64,000 bases of DNA, taken from NCBI RefSeq assembly GCF_024298765.1, contig NZ_CP101210.1, one strand, 5' to 3'. The DNA is from Escherichia coli (GTDB lineage Bacteria; Pseudomonadota; Gammaproteobacteria; Enterobacterales; Enterobacteriaceae). The notes beneath the pieces are model-generated. The model had not been told where the DNA came from and did no database searches. It worked only from the letters and a program-made list of their open reading frames with translations. Below, in pieces: positions 41,440 to 57,186 of this stretch (position 1 is its first letter; each line of letters begins with the position of its first letter). Both the position numbers and the translations under genes were made by a program.

Positions 41440-42866
41440 TAATGCCGATCAGTTAAGCAACTGACTGGCTCTTTTTCGGGGCTGTGGGGTATTTCCAGGG
41501 CCTCTCCTTTACCACTCTCGGGAAGGCCCTTTCCCTTCTTGTCGGTAATTTCACAAGTTGTCCCATACTTGCAAGATCGCGCATCAGCTCCGGTATACGT
41601 CCCGGTGAAGCGCCCTGCAATGTCATCAGCATTCTCATCACCATTCCGCATGATTCTGAGAAACTCAGTTGATTCGGCCAGTAACCTTTCAGATGTTCCG
41701 CCATTTTAATCATCTGATATCTCACCAGATTATAAGCCAGTAAGACACCCCACAGCTCTTGCTCCACAAGCTCCGGCTTTTTACTTCTCAGCGTCAGCCT
41801 GCTCAGTTGCATCGTCTGTTTTATCTCCCTGTATCCCAGTTCGATTTCCCAGCGATGACTGTACAGATCCGCCATTTCTCCTCCGGGGAAGCGCATGGCG
41901 TCCGTCATCGACGTCAGCAGATGGCAGACTTTTCCTTTGCGCGTCACGGTCAGCAGGCGGGCTGTCACTTCATTTCCCAGTCCCGGCCACTTTTTTCGTG
42001 CCTGCGGGCTGGTTTTCAGCTTCACCAGATGATCGCCTTTACCCAGTTTTCTGATCTCTTCATATTGCGCTCCCTTTCTGAGAGGTATCATCCAGTGGCG
42101 GTGTTCTCCCGCCAGGCTCCAGGCATTTAACAGTCCCAGTGAGTAATAACCTTTATCCATTAACGTCAGAGTGTTATCGCCGGTTTGTTCTATAAGTTGC
42201 TCAGCAAGCTCATTTTCGCTGTTCTTCATCGTGCCGAAGGCTGCAGCCGTCAGCAGATGGCTGGTCAGTTCCATCTGGCAGACCATTTTGACCTGCGGGT
42301 AGAGCGCCGGGTTCCCGTCATGTGTCTGGCGGGGGAAGGCTGCATCGTTCTCTGGTGTATCCGGTGTGCGCCAGAACACACCATCGATGGCCAGCAGGGT
42401 CAGGCCGCACCAGTGCGGATGCGGCGTGGCGTTATGCCAGAGCTGCGCTGTTTTCGTGAACACGCGGCGGACAGCCTCACTTCCCAGGCGCTGGCGGGCC
42501 TGAATAACGGCACTGGGGGGCAACGAAGGGGCGATTGCCCGGCAGCATGATGTCCAGGCGATTCACAATCTGGTGAAGAGGTTCTTTACGCTCAAGCGCC
42601 ATGCCAACAATACACCAGACCATCATTTCGAGGGGAAGACGGCGCTTGCGTAGCGTTACAGTACCTGATTCGGCAAGGCAACGAGAGATGAGTTCGGGGT
42701 CGAGGTAATCCCCCAGAGAAGTCAGTGGGTTACGCAGAGAATCGTAACGGGATACCAGATCAAGAGCCTGTCCAATGTGCATAAAAAAATCCGGAAACAA
42801 GTGAGCGTTTCCGGATTCTTACACAGCCACTGGATCGGTCAACTGATCCTTAACTGATCGGCATTA
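41440..42866 (-). mobile_element. IS4 insertion sequence (1427 bp as read)
   Basis: 18-bp terminal inverted repeats: taatgccgatcagttaag (41440-41457) and cttaactgatcggcatta (42849-42866). The internal ORF equals IS4 transposase InsG. Not present at this locus in K-12. Confidence 0.93.
41453..42782 (-). pseudogene. insG: IS4 transposase (InsG) split by a +1 frameshift
   Basis: The N-terminal 101 codons (MHIGQALDLV...GNRPFVAP) and the C-terminal 350+ codons ([11 protein letters not shown]...) are in different frames. The break is at a run of six G (42515-42520, C6 on the coding strand), where my remembered wild-type reading GCC CCC AGT GCC needs five. Confidence 0.8.
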
Positions 42867-42880
42867 CAGCTCAAGGGCTG
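42867..42880. repeat. IS4 target-site duplication, right copy
   Basis: cagctcaagggctg, identical to 41426-41439. Confidence 0.8.
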
Positions 42881-42903
42881 CCGTTTTGTGTTTCAGGTTT
42901 CTG

Positions 42904-43641
42904 TTATGTATTGCTGCTGTTTGCGGCGATGATTTTCGCTACTTTTTCAGCTTGCGCATTCAACTGCATCTGACGGTATGCATTTTCCATCAGCGGCAGC
43001 GCATCACGCGTAGCCTGGGTATCCGGGTAGTCGCGCAACATGCCTTCTACGCGGTTAACGACGGCAACCCATGCACCACGTTCTGTATAGTACTCGGCAA
43101 CGGAGTATTCATATTTCGCCAGACGATCTTTCAGGAATACCAGACGTTTGGTGGCATCGGTGGTGTACTGACTGTTCGGATAGCCGCGCACCAGTTTGGA
43201 AAAGTCACTAAACGCAGCTCGTGCATGTTGAGGATCGCGATCGCTACGGTCAACGCCAAAGAACCCTTGCAGCGCACTGTCATCCAGCGCCATATTGGTC
43301 AGGCCACGCATGTACATGACATAATCGATATTCGGATGGGTCGGGTTAAGGCGAATAAAACGATCGATGGCAGCCTGTGCTAACGGCAAATCGGCGTTTT
43401 TATAGTAGGCGTAGATGAGATCCAGCTGCACCTGCTGCGAATACGGACCAAACGGATAGCGATTATCTAACGCTTCCAGTTGCGTTATTGCCTGTCTCCA
43501 GTTACCGTCCTGCAGCTTTTGTTGTGCAGTCGCGTAAATTTCATTTGGCGGATTATCAGGTACTTCTTCCTTTGACCCCGAGCAACCCGCCAAAAACAGG
43601 CTTAGTGTGGCGGCTGCCACCAGATATTTCATGCGCGTCAT
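42904..43641 (-). CDS. bamD: Outer membrane protein assembly factor BamD (YfiO) lipoprotein
   Basis: 245 aa with lipobox LAGCSG and TPR-like repeats. Confidence 0.96.
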   Translation of the reverse strand: MTRMKYLVAAATLSLFLAGCSGSKEEVPDNPPNEIYATAQQKLQDGNWRQAITQLEALDNRYPFGPYSQQVQLDLIYAYYKNADLPLAQAAIDRFIRLNPTHPNIDYVMYMRGLTNMALDDSALQGFFGVDRSDRDPQHARAAFSDFSKLVRGYPNSQYTTDATKRLVFLKDRLAKYEYSVAEYYTERGAWVAVVNRVEGMLRDYPDTQATRDALPLMENAYRQMQLNAQAEKVAKIIAANSSNT

Positions 43642-43775
43642 GACGTTTTGACTTTCCTCAAAATGTAATACGGGAGATTCTCTGTTCCTGCTCCCGGTTA
43701 AGACCAGCTACAATAGCACACTATATTAAACGGCAAAGCCGTAAAACCCCAACGATAAACGAAGAAGCAGTATAT

Positions 43776-44756
43776 ATGGCACAACGAGTACAGCTCACTG
43801 CAACGGTGTCCGAAAACCAACTCGGTCAACGCTTAGATCAGGCTTTGGCCGAAATGTTCCCGGATTATTCACGTTCGCGAATAAAAGAATGGATCCTCGA
43901 CCAGCGCGTGCTGGTTAACGGCAAAGTTTGTGATAAGCCGAAAGAAAAAGTATTGGGTGGCGAGCAGGTGGCCATCAACGCTGAGATTGAAGAAGAAGCG
44001 CGTTTTGAACCGCAGGATATCCCGCTGGATATCGTCTATGAAGATGAAGATATCATCGTCATTAATAAACCACGCGACCTGGTGGTACATCCTGGCGCGG
44101 GTAACCCGGATGGTACGGTACTGAATGCGTTGCTTCATTATTATCCGCCCATTGCCGATGTACCGCGTGCGGGCATCGTCCATCGTCTGGATAAAGACAC
44201 CACCGGCCTGATGGTTGTGGCAAAAACCGTTCCGGCTCAGACGCGTTTAGTCGAATCTTTGCAACGGCGTGAAATTACTCGTGAGTATGAAGCGGTGGCA
44301 ATTGGTCATATGACCGCTGGCGGTACAGTAGATGAACCAATCAGCCGCCACCCGACCAAACGTACTCACATGGCGGTGCATCCGATGGGTAAACCGGCGG
44401 TCACTCACTATCGCATCATGGAACACTTCCGTGTGCACACGCGTCTGCGGTTGCGTCTGGAAACCGGACGTACGCACCAGATCCGCGTGCATATGGCCCA
44501 TATCACTCATCCGCTGGTGGGCGATCCGGTTTATGGTGGCCGTCCGCGTCCGCCAAAAGGTGCTTCGGAAGCGTTTATCTCCACGCTGCGTAAGTTTGAC
44601 CGCCAGGCGCTTCATGCAACCATGCTGCGTCTTTATCACCCGATCTCCGGTATCGAAATGGAATGGCATGCGCCTATTCCAGAAGATATGGTGGAGCTGA
44701 TTGAGGTGATGCGCGCCGATTTCGAAGAGCATAAGGATGAAGTGGACTGGTTATGA
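43776..44756 (+). CDS. rluD: 23S rRNA pseudouridine 1911/1915/1917 synthase RluD
   Basis: 326 aa with an S4 domain and the HRLDKDTTG catalytic motif. Confidence 0.96.
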   Translation: MAQRVQLTATVSENQLGQRLDQALAEMFPDYSRSRIKEWILDQRVLVNGKVCDKPKEKVLGGEQVAINAEIEEEARFEPQDIPLDIVYEDEDIIVINKPRDLVVHPGAGNPDGTVLNALLHYYPPIADVPRAGIVHRLDKDTTGLMVVAKTVPAQTRLVESLQRREITREYEAVAIGHMTAGGTVDEPISRHPTKRTHMAVHPMGKPAVTHYRIMEHFRVHTRLRLRLETGRTHQIRVHMAHITHPLVGDPVYGGRPRPPKGASEAFISTLRKFDRQALHATMLRLYHPISGIEMEWHAPIPEDMVELIEVMRADFEEHKDEVDWL

Positions 44757-45484
44757 GTAAGCTGATTGTCCCGCAGTGGCCGCTGCCAAAAGGTGTTGCG
44801 GCCTGTAGCTCCACTCGTATCGGCGGCGTGAGCTTGCCCCCGTATGATTCGCTCAACCTCGGTGCTCATTGTGGCGATAACCCGGATCACGTTGAAGAGA
44901 ATCGCAAGCGACTTTTTGCTGCGGGCAATTTGCCTTCAAAACCGGTCTGGCTTGAGCAGGTACACGGCAAAGATGTGCTTAAGCTTACTGGCGAACCTTA
45001 TGCCTCAAAACGAGCAGATGCCTCTTATAGCAACACGCCGGGCACGGTTTGCGCAGTGATGACTGCCGACTGCCTCCCCGTGCTGTTTTGCAATCGAGCG
45101 GGAACGGAAATCGCCGCCGCTCATGCTGGCTGGCGTGGACTGTGCTCAGGCGTGCTGGAAGAGACGGTTTCCTGTTTTGCTGATAATCCGGAAAATATTC
45201 TCGCCTGGTTAGGGCCGGCAATTGGTCCACGCGCGTTTGAAGTGGGGGCGGAGGTTCGCGAGGCGTTTATGGCAGTAGACGCCAAAGCGAGTACAGCTTT
45301 CATTCAGCATGGTGATAAGTATCTGGCAGATATTTATCAGCTTGCCCGGCAGCGTCTGGCGAGCGTTGGTGTTGAACAAATTTTCGGCGGCGACCGTTGT
45401 ACATATACGGAAAATGAGACTTTCTTCTCTTATCGTCGCGACAAGACCACCGGTCGTATGGCAAGTTTCATTTGGCTGATATAA
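44753..45484 (+). CDS. pgeF: Purine nucleoside phosphorylase / peptidoglycan editing factor YfiH (PgeF)
   Basis: 243 aa, ATGA overlap with rluD. Matches K-12 YfiH. Confidence 0.93.
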   Translation: MSKLIVPQWPLPKGVAACSSTRIGGVSLPPYDSLNLGAHCGDNPDHVEENRKRLFAAGNLPSKPVWLEQVHGKDVLKLTGEPYASKRADASYSNTPGTVCAVMTADCLPVLFCNRAGTEIAAAHAGWRGLCSGVLEETVSCFADNPENILAWLGPAIGPRAFEVGAEVREAFMAVDAKASTAFIQHGDKYLADIYQLARQRLASVGVEQIFGGDRCTYTENETFFSYRRDKTTGRMASFIWLI

Positions 45485-45546
45485 CCTAAAGAATCAAGAC
45501 GATCCGGTACGCGTGATTTTCTTTTCACATTAATCTGGTCAATAAC

Positions 45547-45575
45547 CTTGAATAATTGAGGGATGACCTCATTTA
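45547..45575 (+). promoter_or_regulatory. Sigma32 heat-shock promoter of clpB
   Basis: CTTGAAT (45547-45553), a 13-nt spacer, then CCTCATTTA (45567-45575). Confidence 0.65.
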
Positions 45576-45613
45576 ATCTCCAGTAGCAACTTTGATCCGT
45601 TATGGGAGGAGTT

Positions 45614-48187
45614 ATGCGTCTGGATCGTCTTACTAATAAATTCCAGCTTGCTCTTGCCGATGCCCAATCACTTGCACTCGGGCACGACAACCAATTCATC
45701 GAACCACTTCATTTAATGAGCGCCCTGCTGAATCAGGAAGGGGGTTCGGTTAGTCCTTTATTAACATCCGCTGGCATTAATGCTGGCCAGTTGCGCACAG
45801 ATATCAATCAGGCATTAAATCGTTTACCGCAGGTTGAAGGTACTGGTGGTGATGTCCAGCCATCACAGGATCTGGTGCGCGTTCTTAATCTTTGCGACAA
45901 GCTGGCGCAAAAACGTGGTGATAACTTTATCTCGTCAGAACTGTTCGTTCTGGCGGCACTTGAGTCTCGCGGCACGCTGGCCGACATCCTGAAAGCAGCA
46001 GGGGCGACCACCGCCAACATTACTCAAGCGATTGAACAAATGCGTGGAGGTGAAAGCGTGAACGATCAAGGTGCTGAAGACCAACGTCAGGCTTTGAAAA
46101 AATATACCATCGACCTTACAGAACGAGCCGAACAGGGCAAACTCGATCCGGTGATTGGTCGTGATGAAGAAATTCGCCGTACCATTCAGGTGCTGCAACG
46201 TCGTACTAAAAATAACCCGGTACTGATTGGTGAACCAGGCGTCGGTAAAACTGCCATCGTTGAAGGTCTGGCGCAGCGTATCATCAACGGCGAAGTGCCG
46301 GAAGGGTTGAAAGGCCGCCGCGTACTGGCGCTGGATATGGGCGCGCTGGTGGCTGGGGCGAAATATCGCGGTGAGTTTGAAGAACGTTTAAAAGGCGTAC
46401 TTAACGATCTTGCTAAACAGGAAGGCAACGTCATCCTGTTTATCGACGAATTACATACCATGGTCGGCGCGGGTAAAGCCGATGGCGCAATGGACGCCGG
46501 AAACATGCTGAAACCGGCGCTGGCGCGTGGTGAATTGCACTGCGTAGGTGCCACGACGCTTGACGAATATCGCCAGTACATCGAAAAAGATGCTGCGCTG
46601 GAACGTCGTTTCCAGAAAGTGTTTGTTGCCGAGCCTTCTGTTGAAGATACCATTGCGATTCTGCGTGGCCTGAAAGAACGTTACGAATTGCACCACCATG
46701 TGCAAATTACTGACCCGGCAATTGTTGCAGCGGCGACGTTGTCTCATCGCTACATTGCTGACCGTCAGCTGCCGGATAAAGCCATCGACCTGATCGATGA
46801 AGCAGCATCCAGCATTCGTATGCAGATTGACTCAAAACCAGAAGAACTCGACCGACTCGATCGCCGTATCATCCAGCTTAAACTGGAACAACAGGCGTTA
46901 ATGAAAGAGTCTGATGAAGCCAGTAAAAAACGCCTGGATATGCTCAACGAAGAACTGAGCGACAAAGAACGTCAGTACTCCGAGTTAGAAGAAGAGTGGA
47001 AAGCAGAGAAAGCATCGCTTTCTGGTACGCAGACCATTAAAGCGGAACTGGAACAAGCGAAAATCGCTATTGAACAGGCTCGCCGTGTGGGGGACCTGGC
47101 GCGGATGTCTGAACTGCAATACGGCAAAATCCCGGAACTGGAAAAGCAACTGGAAGCCGCAACGCAGCTCGAAGGCAAAACTATGCGTCTGTTGCGTAAT
47201 AAAGTGACCGATGCCGAAATTGCTGAAGTGCTGGCGCGTTGGACGGGGATTCCGGTTTCTCGCATGATGGAAAGCGAGCGCGAAAAACTGCTGCGTATGG
47301 AGCAAGAACTGCACCATCGCGTTATTGGTCAGAACGAAGCGGTTGATGCGGTATCTAACGCTATTCGTCGTAGCCGTGCGGGGCTGGCGGATCCAAATCG
47401 CCCGATTGGTTCATTCCTGTTCCTCGGCCCAACCGGTGTGGGGAAAACTGAGCTTTGTAAGGCGCTGGCGAACTTTATGTTTGATAGCGACGAGGCGATG
47501 ATCCGTATCGATATGTCCGAGTTTATGGAGAAACACTCTGTGTCTCGTCTGGTTGGTGCGCCTCCGGGATATGTCGGTTATGAAGAAGGTGGCTACCTGA
47601 CCGAAGCTGTGCGTCGTCGTCCGTATTCCGTCATCCTGCTGGATGAAGTGGAAAAAGCGCATCCGGATGTCTTCAACATTCTGTTGCAGGTACTGGATGA
47701 TGGGCGTCTGACTGACGGGCAGGGGAGAACGGTCGACTTCCGTAATACGGTTGTCATTATGACCTCTAACCTCGGTTCCGATTTGATTCAGGAACGCTTC
47801 GGTGAACTGGATTATGCGCACATGAAAGAGCTGGTGCTCGGTGTGGTAAGCCATAACTTCCGTCCGGAATTCATTAACCGTATCGATGAAGTGGTGGTCT
47901 TCCATCCGCTGGGTGAACAGCACATTGCGTCGATTGCGCAGATTCAGTTGAAACGTCTGTACAAACGTCTGGAAGAACGTGGTTATGAAATCCACATTTC
48001 TGACGAGGCGCTGAAACTGCTGAGCGAGAACGGTTACGATCCGGTCTATGGTGCACGTCCGCTGAAACGTGCTATCCAGCAGCAGATCGAAAACCCGCTG
48101 GCACAGCAAATACTGTCTGGTGAATTGGTTCCGGGTAAAGTTATTCGCCTGGAAGTTAATGAAGACCGGATTGTCGCCGTCCAGTAA
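45614..48187 (+). CDS. clpB: Disaggregase ClpB (Hsp100)
   Basis: 857 aa from [18 protein letters not shown]. Two AAA+ modules ([18 protein letters not shown]) with a coiled-coil M domain. Confidence 0.97.
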   Translation: MRLDRLTNKFQLALADAQSLALGHDNQFIEPLHLMSALLNQEGGSVSPLLTSAGINAGQLRTDINQALNRLPQVEGTGGDVQPSQDLVRVLNLCDKLAQKRGDNFISSELFVLAALESRGTLADILKAAGATTANITQAIEQMRGGESVNDQGAEDQRQALKKYTIDLTERAEQGKLDPVIGRDEEIRRTIQVLQRRTKNNPVLIGEPGVGKTAIVEGLAQRIINGEVPEGLKGRRVLALDMGALVAGAKYRGEFEERLKGVLNDLAKQEGNVILFIDELHTMVGAGKADGAMDAGNMLKPALARGELHCVGATTLDEYRQYIEKDAALERRFQKVFVAEPSVEDTIAILRGLKERYELHHHVQITDPAIVAAATLSHRYIADRQLPDKAIDLIDEAASSIRMQIDSKPEELDRLDRRIIQLKLEQQALMKESDEASKKRLDMLNEELSDKERQYSELEEEWKAEKASLSGTQTIKAELEQAKIAIEQARRVGDLARMSELQYGKIPELEKQLEAATQLEGKTMRLLRNKVTDAEIAEVLARWTGIPVSRMMESEREKLLRMEQELHHRVIGQNEAVDAVSNAIRRSRAGLADPNRPIGSFLFLGPTGVGKTELCKALANFMFDSDEAMIRIDMSEFMEKHSVSRLVGAPPGYVGYEEGGYLTEAVRRRPYSVILLDEVEKAHPDVFNILLQVLDDGRLTDGQGRTVDFRNTVVIMTSNLGSDLIQERFGELDYAHMKELVLGVVSHNFRPEFINRIDEVVVFHPLGEQHIASIAQIQLKRLYKRLEERGYEIHISDEALKLLSENGYDPVYGARPLKRAIQQQIENPLAQQILSGELVPGKVIRLEVNEDRIVAVQ
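46058..46060 (+). other. clpB: Internal GTG (Val149) translation start giving the N-terminally truncated ClpB-80 isoform
   Basis: The GTG at codon 149 (GES-V-NDQ) is preceded by GGAGGTGA. The dual start is established for E. coli clpB. Confidence 0.6.
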
Positions 48188-48192
48188 TGATA

Positions 48193-48218
48193 AAACGAGC
48201 CCTTCGGGGCTCGTTTTT
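48193..48218 (+). terminator. clpB terminator
   Basis: aaacgagccc ttcg gggctcgttt followed by ttgt. Confidence 0.8.
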
Positions 48219-48301
48219 GTCTATAAATTAGACGGAAAAGGCTATGTTTAAGATGTTTTGCCTGAAAAATGAGCGAACGATAAAGTTTTTATATTTTTTG
48301 C

Positions 48302-48329
48302 TTGTCAGGCCGGAATAACTCCCTATAAT
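48302..48329 (+). promoter_or_regulatory. rrn P1 promoter with an AT-rich UP element upstream
   Basis: TTGTCA, a 16-nt spacer, TATAAT, followed by the GC-rich discriminator gcgccacc. An UP-like sequence, taaagtttttatatttttt, lies at 48281-48299. Confidence 0.8.
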
Positions 48330-48420
48330 GCGCCACCACTGACACGGAACAACGGCAAACACGCCGCCGGGTTAGCGGGGTTCTCCTGAGAATTCCGGCA
48401 GAGAAAGCAAAAACAAATGC

Positions 48421-48448
48421 TTGACTCTGTAGCGGGAAAGCGTATTAT
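48421..48448 (+). promoter_or_regulatory. rrn P2 promoter
   Basis: TTGACT (48421-48426) and TATTAT (48443-48448). Confidence 0.75.
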
Positions 48449-48629
48449 GCACACCCCGCGCCGCTGAGAAAAAGCGAAGCGGCACTGCTCTTTAACAATT
48501 TATCAGACAATCTGTGTGGGCACTCGAAGATACGGATTCTTAACGTCGCAAGACGAAAAATGAATACCAAGTCTCAAGAGTGAACACGTAATTCATTACG
48601 AAGTTTAATTCTTTGAGCATCAAACTTTT

Positions 48630-50171
<1,542 letters not shown>

Positions 50172-50239
50172 CCTTAAAGAAGCGTTCTTTGCAGTGCTCA
50201 CACAGATTGTCTGATGAAAATGAGCAGTAAAACCTCTAC

Positions 50240-50316
<77 letters not shown>

Positions 50317-50358
50317 AATTTGCACGGCAAATTTGAAGAGGTTTTAACTACATGTTAT

Positions 50359-50434
50359 GGGGCTATAGCTCAGCTGGGAGAGCGCCTGCTTTGCACGCAG
50401 GAGGTCTGCGGTTCGATCCCGCATAGCTCCACCA
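50359..50434 (+). tRNA. tRNA-Ala (anticodon TGC)
   Basis: ggggctatagctcagctgggagagcgcctgcttTGCacgcaggaggtctgcggttcgatcccgcatagctccacca. Confidence 0.97.
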
Positions 50435-50608
50435 TCTCTGTAGTGATTAAATAAAAAATACTTCAGAGTGTACCTGCAAAGGTTCACTGCGAAGTTTTGC
50501 TCTTTAAAAATCTGGATCAAGCTGAAAATTGAAACACTGAACAACGAAAGTTGTTCGTGAGTCTCTCAAATTTTCGCAACTCTGAAGTGAAACATCTTCG
50601 GGTTGTGA

Positions 50609-53514
<2,906 letters not shown>

Positions 53515-53612
53515 ACAACGCCGAAGGTGTTTTGGCGGATAGAGAGAAGATTTTCAGCCTGATACAGATTAAATCGACAGGTCATAACGAGACGTGTTGA
53601 TAAAACAGAATT

Positions 53613-53732
53613 TGCCTGGCGGCCTTAGCGCGGTGGTCCCACCTGACCCCATGCCGAACTCAGAAGTGAAACGCCGTAGCGCCGATGGTAGTGTGGGGTC
53701 TCCCCATGCGAGAGTAGGGAACTGCCAGGCAT
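53613..53732 (+). rRNA. rrfG: 5S ribosomal RNA
   Basis: TGCCTGGCGGCC...GGAACTGCCAGGCAT, 120 nt. Confidence 0.97.
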
Positions 53733-53744
53733 CAAATTAAGCAG

Positions 53745-53771
53745 AAGGCCATCCTGACGGATGGCCTTTTT
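53745..53771 (+). terminator. rrn operon terminator
   Basis: aaggccatcc tgac ggatggcctt followed by ttt. Confidence 0.85.
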
Positions 53772-53789
53772 GCGCTGGTGCGGAATAAA

Positions 53790-53817
53790 TGCCGGATGTG
53801 ACGCTGGCGCGTCTTAT
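53790..53817. repeat. Partial REP-like element
   Basis: tgccggatgtgacgctggcgcgtcttat resembles the left arm and loop of E. coli REP units. The distal arm (ccggc...) is missing. Confidence 0.4.
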
Positions 53818-54055
53818 ACTCCCACATAAGCTAGATTCAGCAGCGAATACGGCTTCCCCAACTTGCCCACCTCCATACGTGTCCTCCTTACCAGAAATTT
53901 ATCCTTAAGCTCCTCAATAACCATTTTCCTGCTAACTAAATTCGTGGTTAAGGTTGCATAATGATATGCAACAAATGTATAACATTTTCTTTACCAATAG
54001 AAATAAACAAAAGCGACCGACAAAAGCATCGGATTACGGCAGGAGACATAATGGC

Positions 54056-55354
54056 ATGGCTGAAAGTACTGTAATGGCAGACAGCAAACTGACAAGTAGT
54101 GATACTCGTCGCCGCATTTGGGCAATTGTGGGGGCCTCTTTAGGTAATCTGGTCGAGTGGTTCGATTTCTATGTCTACTCGTTCTGTTCACTCTACTTCG
54201 CCCACATTTTCTTCCCTTCCGGGAACACGACGACTCAACTACTACAAACAGCAGGTGTTTTTGCTGCGGGATTCCTGATGCGCCCAATAGGCGGTTGGCT
54301 ATTTGGCCGCATAGCCGATAAACATGGTCGCAAAAAATCGATGCTGTTATCGGTGTGTATGATGTGTTTCGGATCGCTGGTTATCGCCTGCCTCCCAGGT
54401 TATGAAACTATAGGTACGTGGGCTCCGGCATTATTGCTTCTCGCTCGTTTATTTCAGGGATTATCCGTTGGCGGAGAATATGGCACCAGCGCCACCTATA
54501 TGAGTGAAGTTGCCGTTGAAGGGCGCAAAGGTTTTTACGCATCATTTCAGTATGTGACGTTGATCGGCGGACAACTGCTAGCCCTACTGGTTGTCGTGGT
54601 TTTACAACATACCATGGAAGACGCTGCACTCAGAGAGTGGGGATGGCGTATTCCTTTCGCGTTAGGAGCTGTGTTAGCTGTTGTGGCGTTGTGGTTACGT
54701 CGTCAGTTAGATGAAACTTCGCAACAAGAAACGCGCGCTTTAAAAGAAGCTGGATCTCTGAAAGGATTATGGCGCAATCGCCGTGCATTCATCATGGTTC
54801 TCGGTTTTACCGCTGCGGGCTCCCTTTGTTTCTATACCTTCACCACTTATATGCAGAAGTATCTGGTAAATACTGCGGGAATGCATGCCAACGTGGCGAG
54901 TGGCATTATGACTGCCGCATTGTTTGTATTCATGCTTATTCAACCACTCATTGGCGCGCTGTCGGATAAGATTGGTCGCCGTACCTCAATGTTATGTTTC
55001 GGTTCGCTGGCAGCCATTTTTACCGTTCCTATTCTCTCAGCATTACAAAACGTTTCCTCGCCTTATGCCGCTTTTGGTCTGGTGATGTGTGCCCTGCTGA
55101 TCGTGAGTTTTTATACTTCAATCAGTGGAATACTGAAGGCTGAGATGTTCCCGGCACAGGTTCGTGCATTAGGTGTTGGTCTGTCATATGCGGTCGCCAA
55201 TGCTATATTTGGTGGTTCGGCGGAGTACGTAGCGTTGTCGCTGAAATCAATAGGAATGGAAACAGCCTTCTTCTGGTATGTGACCTTGATGGCCGTGGTG
55301 GCGTTTCTGGTTTCTTTGATGCTACATCGCAAAGGGAAGGGGATGCGTCTTTAG
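54056..55354 (+). CDS. kgtP: Alpha-ketoglutarate:H+ symporter KgtP (MFS)
   Basis: 432 aa from [28 protein letters not shown]. The ORF-track start 53954 is an extension. Confidence 0.95.
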   Translation: MAESTVMADSKLTSSDTRRRIWAIVGASLGNLVEWFDFYVYSFCSLYFAHIFFPSGNTTTQLLQTAGVFAAGFLMRPIGGWLFGRIADKHGRKKSMLLSVCMMCFGSLVIACLPGYETIGTWAPALLLLARLFQGLSVGGEYGTSATYMSEVAVEGRKGFYASFQYVTLIGGQLLALLVVVVLQHTMEDAALREWGWRIPFALGAVLAVVALWLRRQLDETSQQETRALKEAGSLKGLWRNRRAFIMVLGFTAAGSLCFYTFTTYMQKYLVNTAGMHANVASGIMTAALFVFMLIQPLIGALSDKIGRRTSMLCFGSLAAIFTVPILSALQNVSSPYAAFGLVMCALLIVSFYTSISGILKAEMFPAQVRALGVGLSYAVANAIFGGSAEYVALSLKSIGMETAFFWYVTLMAVVAFLVSLMLHRKGKGMRL

Positions 55355-55674
55355 TGACGGGTCAGTTGCCAGACGGTATAGCCAGTAGTTGCACCGGCGA
55401 CATCCCAGGTAAAATCTTTCCAGCTCCAGCCGCTCCCCTCGGGGCGGCTATCCCAAAGTTCTTTTGACGCGCCCAGCCCAACAGAGAACATCAGCCCGAA
55501 AGTGGCACTGCGATCGCGACTCATCCCCTGATGCTGTGCATATTCATTTCCGGCGGCGGAAAGCATCGCCGAGGCGATAAAGTGTTGAGCTTTATCCTGC
55601 CCGCTCCAGCTATCGTTAGCCATATGGCTGCATCCAGAAAGTAACAATAGCGAACAGACAAAAAGAATACGCAA
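55351..55674 (-). CDS. yfiM: Lipoprotein YfiM
   Basis: 107 aa with lipobox LLSGCS. Confidence 0.9.
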   Translation of the reverse strand: MRILFVCSLLLLSGCSHMANDSWSGQDKAQHFIASAMLSAAGNEYAQHQGMSRDRSATFGLMFSVGLGASKELWDSRPEGSGWSWKDFTWDVAGATTGYTVWQLTRH

Positions 55675-55717
55675 AACGTGGCCTCCAAAACAAACCCCGT
55701 ACAGGACGGGGTTGTGA

Positions 55718-57073
55718 TTACAGGATGCGGCTAATTAATCGGTCGATGCGGATACGGCGCAAACGACGGATGAGTTTACGAACCTTCACCGGATAATCGG
55801 CAATACTTTGCAGATCGCGATAGTGCTTAACGATGGTGGTATGCTCGCGGATCAGCTCCAGTTCTTTCTCTCGCTGTGGCGCAAGCTCCAGTTGCGGATC
55901 GTGGATCAAAATGGCGTTTTCCAGATCCAGACGCCAGGCGCGCGGGTTCAGGTTATTACCGGTGATCAACATCCACTTATCATCAACCCACATCCCTTTT
56001 AGGTGATAGGTGTTGTCGTCATCTTTCCATAACCGAACCACTAGCTGGTCAGTATTGACGTAATACTGCAAACGGCTCAGGAAACGACGCAGATTGATCT
56101 CATAGAGATAAGGCAATGCGCCAATTATCTTGAAAGGTTCATCTTCCGGAATGTAGAAGTCGTTCGCGGTTTTATCACCAACAATAATTTCGACCTTTTT
56201 CCCTTCGCGCAGCAACTGGATAATATTGCGCACAAGGATTGCTGGCAGGTTGAAGTATGGCGTACAGATGGTTAGTTTCTGCTCGGCACAAGGCATAAGA
56301 TGGAAAATGGTCTTGTTCAACAGACTCGATTTCCCCAGCCCCACTAGCGGCGTTACGGAAAGCTGATCGTTGTCGGCATCGCCCTGGAAATGATAAGCGG
56401 CATCACGCAGCTCCTGGCGGAACAGGCGAATGTCGTTCTTGATTTCCGGGCTTTTTGGCCGATTAACATCATCCAGACGATTAACGCCGCGGCCATTCAT
56501 AATATTCTGTGTAACCCATTCAAACATAATGTCTGACATCTTACGGTTACGGATCAGATGATAACGGTCGTAGCGATATTTATCGTGCTGATGCAGGTAA
56601 ACATCGTTCAGGCTGGCACCGCTATAAAGTACGCTATCGTCGATGATAAAGCCTTTAAAGTGCAGAACACCAAGGGCTTCACGGGTATTGATTGGAACGC
56701 CATAAACCGGAACATCTACGCCCGGATTTTCCTGCGCCATGCGGCAGTACCAGTCAGCGTTAGTGTTAGATGCCGCAGCGCCAATGCGTCCACGTTGTGC
56801 ACGATGCCAGTCGACCAGCACCCGCACATCCAGTTCCGGACGCTGCCTTTTAGCCTCATACAACGCGTTCAGAATGCCTTTGCCACCGTCATCCTGTTCG
56901 AGATACAGGGCAACAATGCAAATGCGCTGCTTCGCGCTGGCTATTTTTTCCAGCAACGTCTCCCGGAAGTCGGCGGGAGCGTAAAAGAAATCGACATCAT
57001 CAACTGATTGAGAAATCTTGGGTAGTTGGGCAAGGTGTTGTTGATGTTTATTACGCTTAAATTTTGACAACAT
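55718..57073 (-). CDS. pssA: Phosphatidylserine synthase (PLD-type, two HKD motifs)
   Basis: 451 aa from [19 protein letters not shown]. Contains HFKGFIIDD and HLKGMWVDD. Confidence 0.96.
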   Translation of the reverse strand: MLSKFKRNKHQQHLAQLPKISQSVDDVDFFYAPADFRETLLEKIASAKQRICIVALYLEQDDGGKGILNALYEAKRQRPELDVRVLVDWHRAQRGRIGAAASNTNADWYCRMAQENPGVDVPVYGVPINTREALGVLHFKGFIIDDSVLYSGASLNDVYLHQHDKYRYDRYHLIRNRKMSDIMFEWVTQNIMNGRGVNRLDDVNRPKSPEIKNDIRLFRQELRDAAYHFQGDADNDQLSVTPLVGLGKSSLLNKTIFHLMPCAEQKLTICTPYFNLPAILVRNIIQLLREGKKVEIIVGDKTANDFYIPEDEPFKIIGALPYLYEINLRRFLSRLQYYVNTDQLVVRLWKDDDNTYHLKGMWVDDKWMLITGNNLNPRAWRLDLENAILIHDPQLELAPQREKELELIREHTTIVKHYRDLQSIADYPVKVRKLIRRLRRIRIDRLISRIL

Positions 57074-57186
57074 CACAGTGCATTTCTTCTCTGTTCATTG
57101 AAGGGTCCTCTGTGCAATGCAGACGACATAAGCGGGCAATAATAACACCAGTCCCGATTAAGTGGTCAACATTTCCAGTACCTTAC

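Noticed and set aside
42477-42523. Overlap of the two IS4 transposase ORFs as a possible programmed frameshift site
   Set aside because: As far as I know, IS4-family transposases are encoded by a single ORF. The overlap is explained by a 1-nt expansion of a homopolymer and the element is 1 bp longer than expected.
47411-48109. 232-aa minus-strand ORF inside clpB, plus several 60-155 aa antisense ORFs at 45808-47317
   Set aside because: They are antisense to a highly conserved gene with an atypical amino-acid composition. I treat them as shadow ORFs.
54051-54074. 7-codon upstream ORF (MAWLKVL) overlapping the kgtP start
   Set aside because: It is too short to evaluate and the same bases appear to be present in K-12. 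There is no evidence of a leader-peptide mechanism.
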